Origin: an uncultured Chloroflexia bacterium
GTDB taxonomy: Bacteria; Chloroflexota; Dehalococcoidia; UBA2979
DNA: 64,000 nt
Direction: 5' to 3'
Assembly: GCA_963728205.1 (NCBI GenBank)
Contig: CAVSIV010000006.1
Coordinates: 1,728,001-1,792,000 of the forward strand
Shown here piece after piece: positions 30,200-39,757 of the stretch; positions within the stretch are counted from its first letter, which is position 1; each line of letters begins with the position of its first letter. The notes beneath the pieces are model-generated. The model did not search any database. It worked only from the letters and a program-made list of their open reading frames with translations, and was not told the DNA's origin. The position numbers and the translations under genes were made by a program.

Positions 30200-32312
30200 C
30201 CAGACCCAGCTCCGCACCTACGACCGTGCCGCCAGCGTTGTCTTCCGCAAGACGAACGAGGAGTTCGGCGGGCTGTCCAACATGGCAGCGGGGTTCCCGC
30301 TGGAGGTAAACGGGCTCGCGATCCGCACGGCCGAGGCGCTGTACCAGGCGTGCCGGTTCCCCCACCGATCTGAGCTCCAACGCCACATCGTCGACCAGCG
30401 CAGCCCGATGACGGCGAAGATGGTCGGGAAGCCGCACCGTCACGACTCCCGCCGCGACTGGGATCGCGTGCGAGTGGCCGTCATGCGCTGGACGCTGCGC
30501 GTGAAGCTCGCACAGAACTGGAGCGCGTTCGGTGAGTTGCTGCTCGCCAGCGGCGAACGACCGATCGTCGAGGACTCCCGGCGCGACGACTTCTGGGGAG
30601 CAAAGCAGGTCGATAGCCAGACCCTTACTGGCATGAACGTGCTTGGGCGACTGCTGATGGAGCTCCGCGAGGACCTCCGCGATCGCGGCACGGCGCTGCT
30701 CACCGTCGAACCACCGGCCATCGGAGATTTCCTGCTCGATGGACAGCCGATCGAGGCCATCCGTGGCGCCGAGGCGCGTCTACGGCCCGGCCTCGAAGAC
30801 CACCGCGTGGACGAAGTGCGCCAGCCCTCGCTGTTTCACGACCAGCCCCTCGCTGAACCAGAGGAGCTCAGCCGGATGCTTACCCACCTCTCTCCCTACC
30901 GCGCCTACCGCGACTCGGGCGTCCCTTGGCTGGACGATGTCCCCGAGCACTGGGAGGTACTGCCGGCGCTGGCGGCGTACCAGCCGAAACTCGTCCGCAA
31001 TGTCGGAATCATGGAGAGTAGGGTGCTCTCGCTGAGTTACGGACGGATCGTCGTGCGCCCGCTGGAGAAGCTCCGAGGGCTCGTGCCAGAGTCGTTCGAG
31101 ACGTATCAGATGGTCGATCCCGGGAACATCATCGTCCGGACAACTGACCTACAGAACGATCAGACGAGCCTGCGGGTCGGGATCGCACGGGACCGAGGAA
31201 TCATCACTTCGGCTTACCTCTGTCTCACCACAACCGGCCGCATGTCGCCTGAGTTCGGCTACCAGTTCCTGAACGCGTATGACCTCCTCAAGATCATCTA
31301 CGGCTACGGGTCTGGACTCAGACAGAACCTCAGCTTCATAGAAATCAAGCGGATGCCAGTTCTCGTTCCACCCCCGGAGGAACAAGCCGCCATCGTGCGC
31401 TTCCTTGACTACGCCGACCGGCGCATCCGGCGGTACGTGCTCGCGAAGCGGCGGCTGATCGCGCTCCTCGAGGAGCAGAAGCAGGCGATCATCCATCGCG
31501 CCGTCACGCGCGGCCTCGACCCGGACGTGCGGCTGAAGCCGTCCGGCGTGGAGTGGCTGGGGGACATCCCGGAGCGCTGGGAGGCTGTCCCGTTCAAGAG
31601 CAGGATCGCGTTCCAAGAGGGTCCGGGGATCATGGCCTCGGAGTTCCGCGACGACGGAGTGCCGCTGCTTCGCATCTCGTGTCTTCGAGGTGACAGTGCG
31701 ACGCTCGACGGCTGCAACTACCTGGATCCTGAGTCCGTGAGTCGGCGTTGGAGTCACTTTGCGGTAAAGCCTGACGACTACCTTCTAACTTCGAGCGGCA
31801 GCCTTGGATCTGTTTCGCAAGCTAACGAGGAAGTCGCCGGTGCGATCCCGTACACAGGGATCATCCGACTGTGGCCGAAGTTGCCTGCAGGCGTTCACAT
31901 GGATTTCGTGCGCTACTTCCTGGTCTCTGAACTCTTCGCTGCGCAGATCCGTTTCATGAAGACAGGTGTCGGGATCGAGCATTTCGGCCCCACTCATCTG
32001 AGCCGAATGCTGATCCTGTGCCCACCGCCGGATGAACAGCTGGCGATAACCCGATGGATCGAGGAAGGCAGCGCCCCGCTCGACAACTCGATTCGAAATG
32101 CGAGGGCTGCTATGGGCTTCGCTGCCGAATACCGCACTCGCCTGATCGCCGATGTCGTCACCGGGAAGCTCGACGTGCGCGAGGCAGCCGCGCGGCTGCC
32201 GGAGGAGACGGACGAGCCGGAGCCGCTCGATGACCTTGACCTACCGGACGAAGAGCTGGATGCCCTCGACGCCGACGAGGTGGAGGCTGAACTGGCGGAG
32301 GCGATGACGTGA
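30183..32312 (+). CDS. hsdS: NADAR (YbiA-like) domain read in frame into type I specificity subunit HsdS (HsdS portion starts at ATG 30876)
   Basis: NADAR: FGGLSNM, EALYQACRF, SPMTAK, DWDRVRVAVMR, KLAQN, IVEDSRRDDFWG, GMNVLGRLLMELR. HsdS: YRDSGVPWLDDVPEHW, PPPEEQAAIVRFLD, LKPSGVEWLGDIPERW, PPPDEQLAI, EYRTRLIADVVTGKLDVR. Confidence 0.9.
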   Translation: MPSPSDQTQLRTYDRAASVVFRKTNEEFGGLSNMAAGFPLEVNGLAIRTAEALYQACRFPHRSELQRHIVDQRSPMTAKMVGKPHRHDSRRDWDRVRVAVMRWTLRVKLAQNWSAFGELLLASGERPIVEDSRRDDFWGAKQVDSQTLTGMNVLGRLLMELREDLRDRGTALLTVEPPAIGDFLLDGQPIEAIRGAEARLRPGLEDHRVDEVRQPSLFHDQPLAEPEELSRMLTHLSPYRAYRDSGVPWLDDVPEHWEVLPALAAYQPKLVRNVGIMESRVLSLSYGRIVVRPLEKLRGLVPESFETYQMVDPGNIIVRTTDLQNDQTSLRVGIARDRGIITSAYLCLTTTGRMSPEFGYQFLNAYDLLKIIYGYGSGLRQNLSFIEIKRMPVLVPPPEEQAAIVRFLDYADRRIRRYVLAKRRLIALLEEQKQAIIHRAVTRGLDPDVRLKPSGVEWLGDIPERWEAVPFKSRIAFQEGPGIMASEFRDDGVPLLRISCLRGDSATLDGCNYLDPESVSRRWSHFAVKPDDYLLTSSGSLGSVSQANEEVAGAIPYTGIIRLWPKLPAGVHMDFVRYFLVSELFAAQIRFMKTGVGIEHFGPTHLSRMLILCPPPDEQLAITRWIEEGSAPLDNSIRNARAAMGFAAEYRTRLIADVVTGKLDVREAAARLPEETDEPEPLDDLDLPDEELDALDADEVEAELAEAMT

Positions 32313-35268
32313 CCTCGGATACCAGCGAGCGCGGGCTGGAGGCGCTCATCGTCGCCTCGATGACCGCCGCCGGGCAGTCGGGCGGCGGCTGGGTCGCCGG
32401 TGAACCCCACGACTACGACCGCGAATACAGCGTCGACCTCGTGCAACTCGCCGCCTTTCTCGAGGCCACGCAGCCGGAGGTCGCCGAATCGCTCGCGCTC
32501 GCAGAAGACGGCCCCACGCGTCGCGCCTTCCTCGCGCGGCTGCAGGGCGAGATCACGAAGCGCGGCACCATCGACGTGCTGCGCCACGGCATCAAGCACG
32601 GTCCGCACCAGGTCGACCTCTTCTACGGGACGCCCTCGGAGGGCAACGTGCGCGCGCAGGAGCGCTACACCGCCAACCGTTTCTCCGTCACTCGCCAGTT
32701 CCGCTACAGCCGGGACGAGACGCAGCGCTCGCTCGATCTCGGGCTCTTCATCAACGGGCTCCCCATCGCCACCTTCGAGCTGAAGAACAGCCTCACGAAG
32801 CAGACCGTCGAGGACGCGATCGAGCAGTACAAGCGCGACCGCGATCCCCGGGAGAGGCTGTTTGAGTTCGGGCGCTGCGTCGTGCACCTTGCCGTGGACG
32901 ACAAGGAGGTCTGGTTCTGCACTCACCTCCGCGGGAAGGCGTCGTGGTTCCTTCCCTTTAACCAGGGCTGGAACGACGGCGCCGGCAATCCGCCGAACCC
33001 GTACGGCCTCATGACCGACTACCTGTGGCGGCGCATTCTCACGCCGCGCAGCCTCACTGACATTCTCGAGAACTACGCGCAGGTCGTGGAAACGAAAGAC
33101 GACAAGACCGGCCGCAAGCGCTCCACACAGATCTGGCCTCGCTACCAGCAGCTAGACGTGGTGCGGAAGCTGCTCGCGGACGCGAGCTCGCGCGGCGCTG
33201 GACACCGCTACCTGATCCAGCACTCCGCAGGGAGCGGGAAGTCGAATTCGATCGCGTGGCTCGCCCATCAGTTGATCGGGCTGAAGCAGGGCAACGCCGA
33301 TCTCTTCGATTCGATCATCGTGGTGACCGACCGTCGCATCCTCGACCAGCAGATCCGCGACACCATCAAGCAGTACGCGCAGGTGCGCTCGACCGTCGGG
33401 CACGCCGAACGCTCGGGCGACCTCCGCGGGTTCATCGCCGAGGGCAAGAAGATCATCATCACCACGGTGCAGAAGTTCCCGGTGCTTCTCGATGATATCG
33501 GGAGCGAGCACCGCGGCCGGCGCTTCGCCCTGATCATCGACGAGGCGCACTCGAGCCAAGGCGGGCAGACCTCGGCGGCCGTCTCGCGCGTGCTCTCGGC
33601 GGTCGAGGCGGATGACGATGACGAGACGGTCGAGGACGAGATCAACCGCCTCATGGAAGCGAAGAAGCTCCTGCCCAACGCGAGCTACTTCGCCTTCACG
33701 GCGACCCCGAAGAACAAGACCCTCGAGATCTTTGGCAGCCCCGAGCCCCAGCCAGACGGCTCAGTGCGCCATCGCCCGTTCCACAGCTACACCATGAAGC
33801 AGGCCATCGACGAGGGCTTCATCCTCGACGTCCTGAAGTACTACACCCCGGTCGACAGCTACTACCGGCTCGTGAAGACGATTGACACCGACCCCGAGTT
33901 CGACACGAGGCGCGCCACCCGCAAGCTGCGGCGCTATGTCGAAAGCCACGACGTGGCGATCCGGCTCAAGGCCGAGATCATGGTCGACCACTTCCACGAC
34001 CGGGTGATCGGCCTTCGCAAGATCGACGGCCAGGCGCGCGCCATGGTCGTCGCCAGCGGCATCGAGCGCGCGATTCAGTACTACCGAGCGATCAGCGCAT
34101 ACCTGGCAGAGCGAAAGAGCCCGTACCGGGCGATCGTCGCCTTTTCGGGCGAGCACGAGTTTGCCGGAGAGAGGGTGACCGAGGCGAAGCTGAATGGATT
34201 TCCATCCAACAAGATCGCCGACAAGATCGAGGAAGACCCGTACCGGTTCCTCGTGTGCGCCGACAAGTTCCAGACCGGGTATGACGAGCCGCTCCTCCAC
34301 ACGATGTACGTGGACAAGATGCTCTCCGGCGTGAAGGCTGTGCAGACGCTGTCTCGCCTGAACCGCGCTCATCCCAAGAAGCACGACGTGTTCGTGCTCG
34401 ACTTCATGAACGATGTCGATACCATCCAGAAGTCGTTCGAACCGTACTATCGGACGACCATCCTGTCCGCCGAAACCGATCCGAACAAGCTCCACGACCT
34501 CAAGGCCGATCTCGACGGCTTCGAGGTCTACTCAGAAGCCGACGTCGAGGCGTTCGTCCACAGCTACCTCAGCGGCGCGGATCGAGACCAGCTCGATCCC
34601 GTCCTCGACGCGTGCCGCGGCCGCTATATCGAAGATCTGACGAAGACGGCCAGGTGCAGTTCAAGGGAAGCGCGAAAACGTTCCTGCGGACGTACGGGTT
34701 CCTCTCATCAATTCTTCCCTACATGAACGCCCAGTGGGAGCAGCTTTCTATCTTCCTGAACTTCCTCGTGCCGAAGCTGCCGGCGCCGGTCGAGGAGGAC
34801 TTCTCGAAGGGCATTCTCGACACGATTGACATGGACAGCTATCGGGTCGAGAAGCAGGCCGCGCGCGCCATCCGACTACGGGATGAAGATGCCGAGATCA
34901 ACCCGGTGCCCGCAGGACACGTTGGGGCCCACCCCGAGCCAGAGCTCGACCACCTCTCGAATATCCTTCAGAGCTTCAACGAGCACTTCGGGAACATCGA
35001 GTGGGCCGATTCCGACCGGATCGAACAACTGATCACCGTGGACATCCCTCAGCGCGTGGAAGCTGACGTTGCCTACCGCAACGCGCAGGAGCACTCCGAC
35101 GAGCAGAACGCTCGCATCGAGCATGACAAGGCGCTCATGAGAGTGATGACCGCAGTCATGCAAGACGACACGGAGCTCTTCAAGCAGTTTGCAGACAACG
35201 AGTCGTTCCGCCGATGGATGACGGACACGGTGTTCCGTCTGACCTACGATGGACCGCCGGCGGCATAG
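32309..35268 (+). CDS. hsdR: type I R-M restriction subunit, frameshift near 34,640
   Basis: DLGLFINGLPIATFELKN (nuclease), QHSAGSGKSNSI (Walker A), IIDEAHSSQ, FTATPKNKT, KFQTGYDEP, VQTLSRLNR. Confidence 0.95.
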
Positions 35269-35459
35269 GCATACTGTGGCAGTGGCCGTGTGCTGTTCAG
35301 TGAGACCGCCTCGGCTGAGGGCTCCTGCTTACAGCGTGCGCCGGTCCTGTCCGCGCTTTCCGGTCCCCGAACGAGCCTGGTTGGTGCGAGCTCCTCCGGA
35401 GCCTCGAGGCAGAGAATCACCATCTCGTGTGCTGGCACAGCCGGGAGCTGACGGCACCC

Positions 35460-37645
35460 TCAACCAGCATTCGCAGTCGCTCCGGGAGTCGCTTCTTCGT
35501 CCAGGAGTGCTCCCTCATCGACCCGTGCGCGCGTGTCTGCGACTGCAGACTCGAGCTCGATGGTCGCAGGCTGGAACAAATCGCCCGTGCGCAGGAAGAG
35601 CAGCTCGTCGTCGGGGGGGCTTCCCGTCGCCTGTCGCAGCGCGCCCGCGTATAGGGCGAGCTGCGGCAGGTACGGAGCCGCCACCTCGGCGAGCGACCGC
35701 CCGGCGACGTCGTCCGTCTTGAAGTCGATGATGTGCCACCGGCCGCCTCGCTCGTAGGCGAGGTCGATCGTGCCGTGGACGGGCACGCCGTCCCAGTGCC
35801 ACGAGAACGGCCACTCGAAGTGCGCGCGCGTCTCCGGGTCGCGCAGCGTCGCCGCGAGCGGGCTCGCTTCGAATCGAATCGAGCATCTCGCCGACCTCGG
35901 CGGCGATGCGCTCGATCGCGGCGTCCGCGATCTGCGGGTCGAGCGAGCGTGCCAGCGCGGCGAGAATCCGGGCGCGTGCCGGTCGTGAACCGCAGCTCGA
36001 TGGCGCGGTGCGCGAGGCTGCCGCGGAGCAGGGCGAGGCCGTCGCCGTGGCCGCCGAACCATCGCGACTCCTCGGGGGCGCGGAGGGCGGTCACCGGCGT
36101 GCTCGATCGCAGCGGGATCACGGGCGGCCGCGCGACCAGCGGGGGCACGAACTCCTGCTCCTCGGCCGCCGGCGGCGGCGCGACCGGGCGCGGAGCGGGG
36201 CGTCGCGCGATCGCGTCGAGGTCCACGGGCAGCGCGGGGCGAACGTCGATGCCGGCCGTCGCGCTCGCGGCGAGCGCGTCGAGCGCGAGCGCGAGCCAGC
36301 CGTGCTCGCCGCGTCCCGACTCGTCGCCGCTCAGGTAGAGCGCGTCGGCCGCCCGCGTCGCCGCGACGTAGAAGAGGCGCCGGTGCTCGGCGACCTCCTC
36401 GACGTGATCGCGCGCGAGCAGGTGCGCGTAGAAGCCGGGGCGGCGACGGCCCGTCTCCTCCGCGTCCTGCTCGGCGGTCAGCGTGAGCGAGATGCCGTCC
36501 TCGGTGCGCCAGCGCACCGCCTCGTAGCTGTCGCGCGGCGGCAGGTGGGCTTCCGGCACGAACACGACCGGGAACTCGAGCCCCTTCGCGCCGTGGATGC
36601 GTGAGGAGGCGGACCGCGTCGGAGTCGTCGAGGACCGCCTGTCCCTCGCGCGCCTCGAGCTCGTCGCGGCGGCGGCGCACGTAGGCGACGACCTCGTCGA
36701 GCGAGCGCCCCGCGAGCGTGCGGGCGATCGCCACGAACTTGCGGATGTTCGCGAGCGCCTGGTCGCCACCCGGGAGCGGCGCCCAGGCCGCCTCGAACGC
36801 GGTCAGGCCGAGCGCGCGTTCGAGCAGCGCGTCGGCGGGGACGGTCGCGGCGTCCTCGCGCAGCGCGTCGAGCACGACGGCGGCGTGGCGGCACCGTGCT
36901 CGCACGTCGTCGGGCAGCGCCGGCGGCGGCTCGCGGAGTGCCGGCAGCCAGCCGCGCGGCTCGTCGCGGAGGGCGAGCAGCGTCGCGTCGTCGAGCATGA
37001 AGAGCGGCGAGCGGAGCGCGCCCACCAGCGCGATGGCGTCGTCGGGCTCCGCGAGCCAGCCGAGGAGGTTCGCCAGGTCCAGCACCTCCTGGCGCGTGAA
37101 GAAGCCGGCGCCGGCGGGCGTCCGGTAGGCGACGCCGCGCGCCTCGAGGGCCTGCTCGAAGAGGTGCACGTTCGAGAGCCGGCGCAGCAGGATCGCGACG
37201 TCGCGCGGCCGCGCCGGGCGGTAGGTGGCGGCGTCGCGGTCCCAGACGGGCTGGCCCGCGTCGAGCAGCGCGGCGATCTCCGCCGCGACGGCGTCGGCCT
37301 CGACGCGCCGCCGGTCGTGGTCGGTCGTGGTGTCGCCCGCCGGCGTCCTCGTCTCCGATCGGCTGGATCGTGAGGTGCGGCGCGGGGGGTGAGGCGGCGC
37401 CGCGGCCGGTCATCGGCTGCATGGGCGCCTCGAACTCCTCGTGCGCCGTCGCCGAGCACCGCCGTGAAGAGGTCGTTCAGGATCGCGACCAGCGGGTCGT
37501 GCGCGCGGAACGAGCGGCTGAGCGGGTGACGCCGCCGCCCGTGCCGCCTCGATCTCGAGGTGGAGGCGGCGGAAGTGGCGCACGTCGCTGCCGCGGAAGC
37601 GGTAGATCGCCTGCTTCGCGTCGCCGGCGAGGAAGAGGTGCGGTC
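35460..37645 (-). CDS. addA: AddA/UvrD-like ATP-dependent helicase with C-terminal PD-(D/E)xK nuclease; 5' half missing; frameshifts
   Basis: LFLAGDAKQAIYRFRGSDV (III), HGAKGLEFPVVFV (V), EHRRLFYVAATRAAD (VI), VHGTIDL...IIDFKTD...QLALYA (RecB-like nuclease); motifs I and II absent. Confidence 0.8.
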
Positions 37646-37649
37646 GCGG

Positions 37650-37784
37650 TTGCTTCGCGCGGGGGTCCTCGGTGGCGGCGTCCCCGGTCGAGGGCTCCTC
37701 GAGGTCGGGGGCGACGTCGACCTCCGGGGACTGCTCCTCGGTGGCGCCCACGGAGTCGTGCCGCTTCTTCTTGAAGATGCTCAC
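37650..37784 (-). CDS. N-terminal fragment of an actinobacterial DUF3710-like protein, cut at the junction
   Basis: MSIFKKKRHD followed by an acidic low-complexity tract, directly downstream of dut, where DUF3710 usually lies in Actinomycetota. Confidence 0.5.
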
Positions 37785-37888
37785 TGCGCTGTCGTCCTCG
37801 GGTGTCGGTCGCGGGTGGGGGGTTCACCACGCTCTGCGGTTCGGGTCGGCCGGGCTTGCTGGCGGCCGTGGATCGTGCCGGTGCTGTA

Positions 37889-38372
37889 CTACTGCGGGCC
37901 CGAGGCGCCGAAGCCGCCGGTGGACCCGTGCCCAGTGTCCCCCCGGGTGCTGCCCGGAAGCGAATCCGCCTCCGCGAAGTCGCCGTGCAGGTAGGACTGG
38001 ACCACCAGCTGCGCGATCCGATCCCCCACGTGCACCGTGAAGGACTGGCTCGGGTCGAGGTTGACGAGGTTGACGAGCACCTCACCGCGGTAGCCGGAGT
38101 CGACCGTGCCGGGGGCGTTGACCACGGTCACTCCGTGCCTCGCCGCGAGACCGGACCGTGGATGGACCAGCCCCACCGTTCCGGGTGGGAGCGCGAGCGC
38201 AAGCCCCGTGGGCACCAGGGCCCGCTCCCCCGGTTCGAGCGTCAGCTCGACCACGCTCGTCAGGTCGGCGCCGGCGTCGCCGTGGGTGCTGTACGCGGGC
38301 AGGCGCGGCGTCCGGGTGTACTCGTCGGACGCTCACCGGGACCCGAGTGGGTGCGTCGTCCACGCGAGTCAC
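37889..38372 (-). CDS. dut: dUTP diphosphatase, indel near 5' end
   Basis: GDAGADL, PTGLALALP, PRSGLAARHG, NAPGTVDSGYRGE, GDRIAQL, RGDTGHGSTG. Confidence 0.95.
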
Positions 38373-38382
38373 CGCCCGGCGC

Positions 38383-38682
38383 TCAGGCCGCGCACTCCTT
38401 GCACACCAGGACACCGGACTTCTCGGTGGCGAGCTGGCTGCGGTGGTGCACGAGGAAGCATCGCGAGCAGGTGAACTCGTCGTCCTGGCGCGGGAGCACC
38501 CGCACCGAGAGCTCCTCGCCGGAGAGGTCCGCGCCGGGCAGCTCGAAGCCTTCGGCCTGTTCGGTCTCGTCGACGTCCACGCTCGAGGCGCGCTTGTCGA
38601 CGCGGCGGTTCTTCAACTCCTCGATGGAGTCCTCCGACATCTCGTCGTCGGTCTTGCGCGGTGCGTCGTAGTCGGTCGCCAT
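38383..38682 (-). CDS. DUF4193 family protein
   Basis: MATDYDAPRK, FELPGADLSGEEL, DEFTCSRCFLVHHRSQL. Confidence 0.9.
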   Translation of the reverse strand: MATDYDAPRKTDDEMSEDSIEELKNRRVDKRASSVDVDETEQAEGFELPGADLSGEELSVRVLPRQDDEFTCSRCFLVHHRSQLATEKSGVLVCKECAA

Positions 38683-38881
38683 GTGCTGATGTCCACCCTT
38701 CGTCGTGTCAACCCGGCCGTCACAACGCACGACGTGCCTCGTTTGTGCCCGCCCTGATGCCGTGCGCCGCGATTGTGCACCATCCGAGCCCCTGTCGTCA
38801 CACCGGGTCCACGGGACGGCCGCCCGAGACTCGCGACTCGCGGGCCCGCGGCGGGTGAGGTGCCGCCCGGTCCGCCGTCGG

Positions 38882-39757
38882 TCAGTGGTCCCGCGTCACG
38901 TGCTCACGGGTCAGGGTGCGCACGAGCTCGACGAAGGGACGCGCGAGGCCGGGCGCGACCGCCACGGTGAGGTCCCGTCCCGCATGCGGTCCACCGAGGC
39001 CGACGACCACGGCACCGGCCTCACGTGCGACGAGCTCGCCCGCGGCCCGGTCCCAGGCGTTGAGCCCGCTCTCGTAGTAGCCGTCGAGCCGTCCGCAGGC
39101 CACGGCGCACAGGTCGAGCGCGGCACTGCCGGCGCGACGGATGTCACGGACCTGAGGGAGCACCTCGAGGAGGATCCGTGCCTGCCGCGAGCGCACCTGG
39201 GCGTCGTAGCCGAAACCGGTTCCCACGAGGGCCAGTCCGAGGTCGCTCGCCCCGGTCGCCGCCAGGGCCACCGTGCCGGACGCAGTCGTCAGGCGGGCGC
39301 CACCTCCGACGTGGGCGTGGAAGAACTCACCGCTGGCCGGGTTCAGGACCGCCCCCGCGATGCTGCGCCACCCGCCCTCGACGCCCTGGTCACCCACGAC
39401 GGCGGCGACCGACACCGCGTACGCGGGAATGTCGTAGAGGTAGTTGACGGTGCCGTCGATGGGGTCCAGGACCCAGGTGACGCCGGAGGTGCCGACCGCT
39501 GCCCCCTCCTCCTCCCCGACGACCGCATCCTGCGGACGCCGTTCCCCGAGCAGGGTGATGAGCAGCTCCTGGCTCGCCTGGTCCATCTCCGTGACGACGT
39601 CGGTGCGGGTCGACTTGGCCGAGACCCCAAGGTCGCGAGGGCGCTCCTCGGTGACGAGGCGCCCGGCGGCCCGCGCCACGTCGCACGCGATCCGCTCGAG
39701 CTCGGCGGGGTCCACGCCCGTGGGGACCTCGGGTCGCGCGGGGGCCGGCTCGCCCAT
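38882..39757 (-). CDS. inositol monophosphatase family protein
   Basis: DVVTEMD, GEEEG, WVLDPIDGTVNY, RRAGSAALDL, WDRAAG. Confidence 0.93.
   Translation of the reverse strand: MGEPAPARPEVPTGVDPAELERIACDVARAAGRLVTEERPRDLGVSAKSTRTDVVTEMDQASQELLITLLGERRPQDAVVGEEEGAAVGTSGVTWVLDPIDGTVNYLYDIPAYAVSVAAVVGDQGVEGGWRSIAGAVLNPASGEFFHAHVGGGARLTTASGTVALAATGASDLGLALVGTGFGYDAQVRSRQARILLEVLPQVRDIRRAGSAALDLCAVACGRLDGYYESGLNAWDRAAGELVAREAGAVVVGLGGPHAGRDLTVAVAPGLARPFVELVRTLTREHVTRDH

Larger units (their letters stand above)
11424..35459. mobile_element. defence / toxin-antitoxin genomic island between dnaN and addA
   Basis: Visibly more A/T-rich codons than the flanks; cluster of TA, restriction and helicase-nuclease genes; no integrase, transposase or att repeat seen; boundaries approximate. 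Confidence 0.65.

Noticed and set aside
29161-30875. DarTG1 system
   Set aside because: The NADAR partner has a PRTase PRPP-loop rather than DarT ADP-ribosyltransferase features, and the NADAR looks YbiA-like
35310-35325. att-like similarity ctgttcagtgag (near 35,293) to ctgatcagtgag (11,440) at the island ends
   Set aside because: Only 11 of 12 bp match, within chance expectation, and there is no integrase
37410-37784. Novel acidic-leader/UvrD fusion protein
   Set aside because: Best explained by the chimeric junction; both parent genes are truncated at this point
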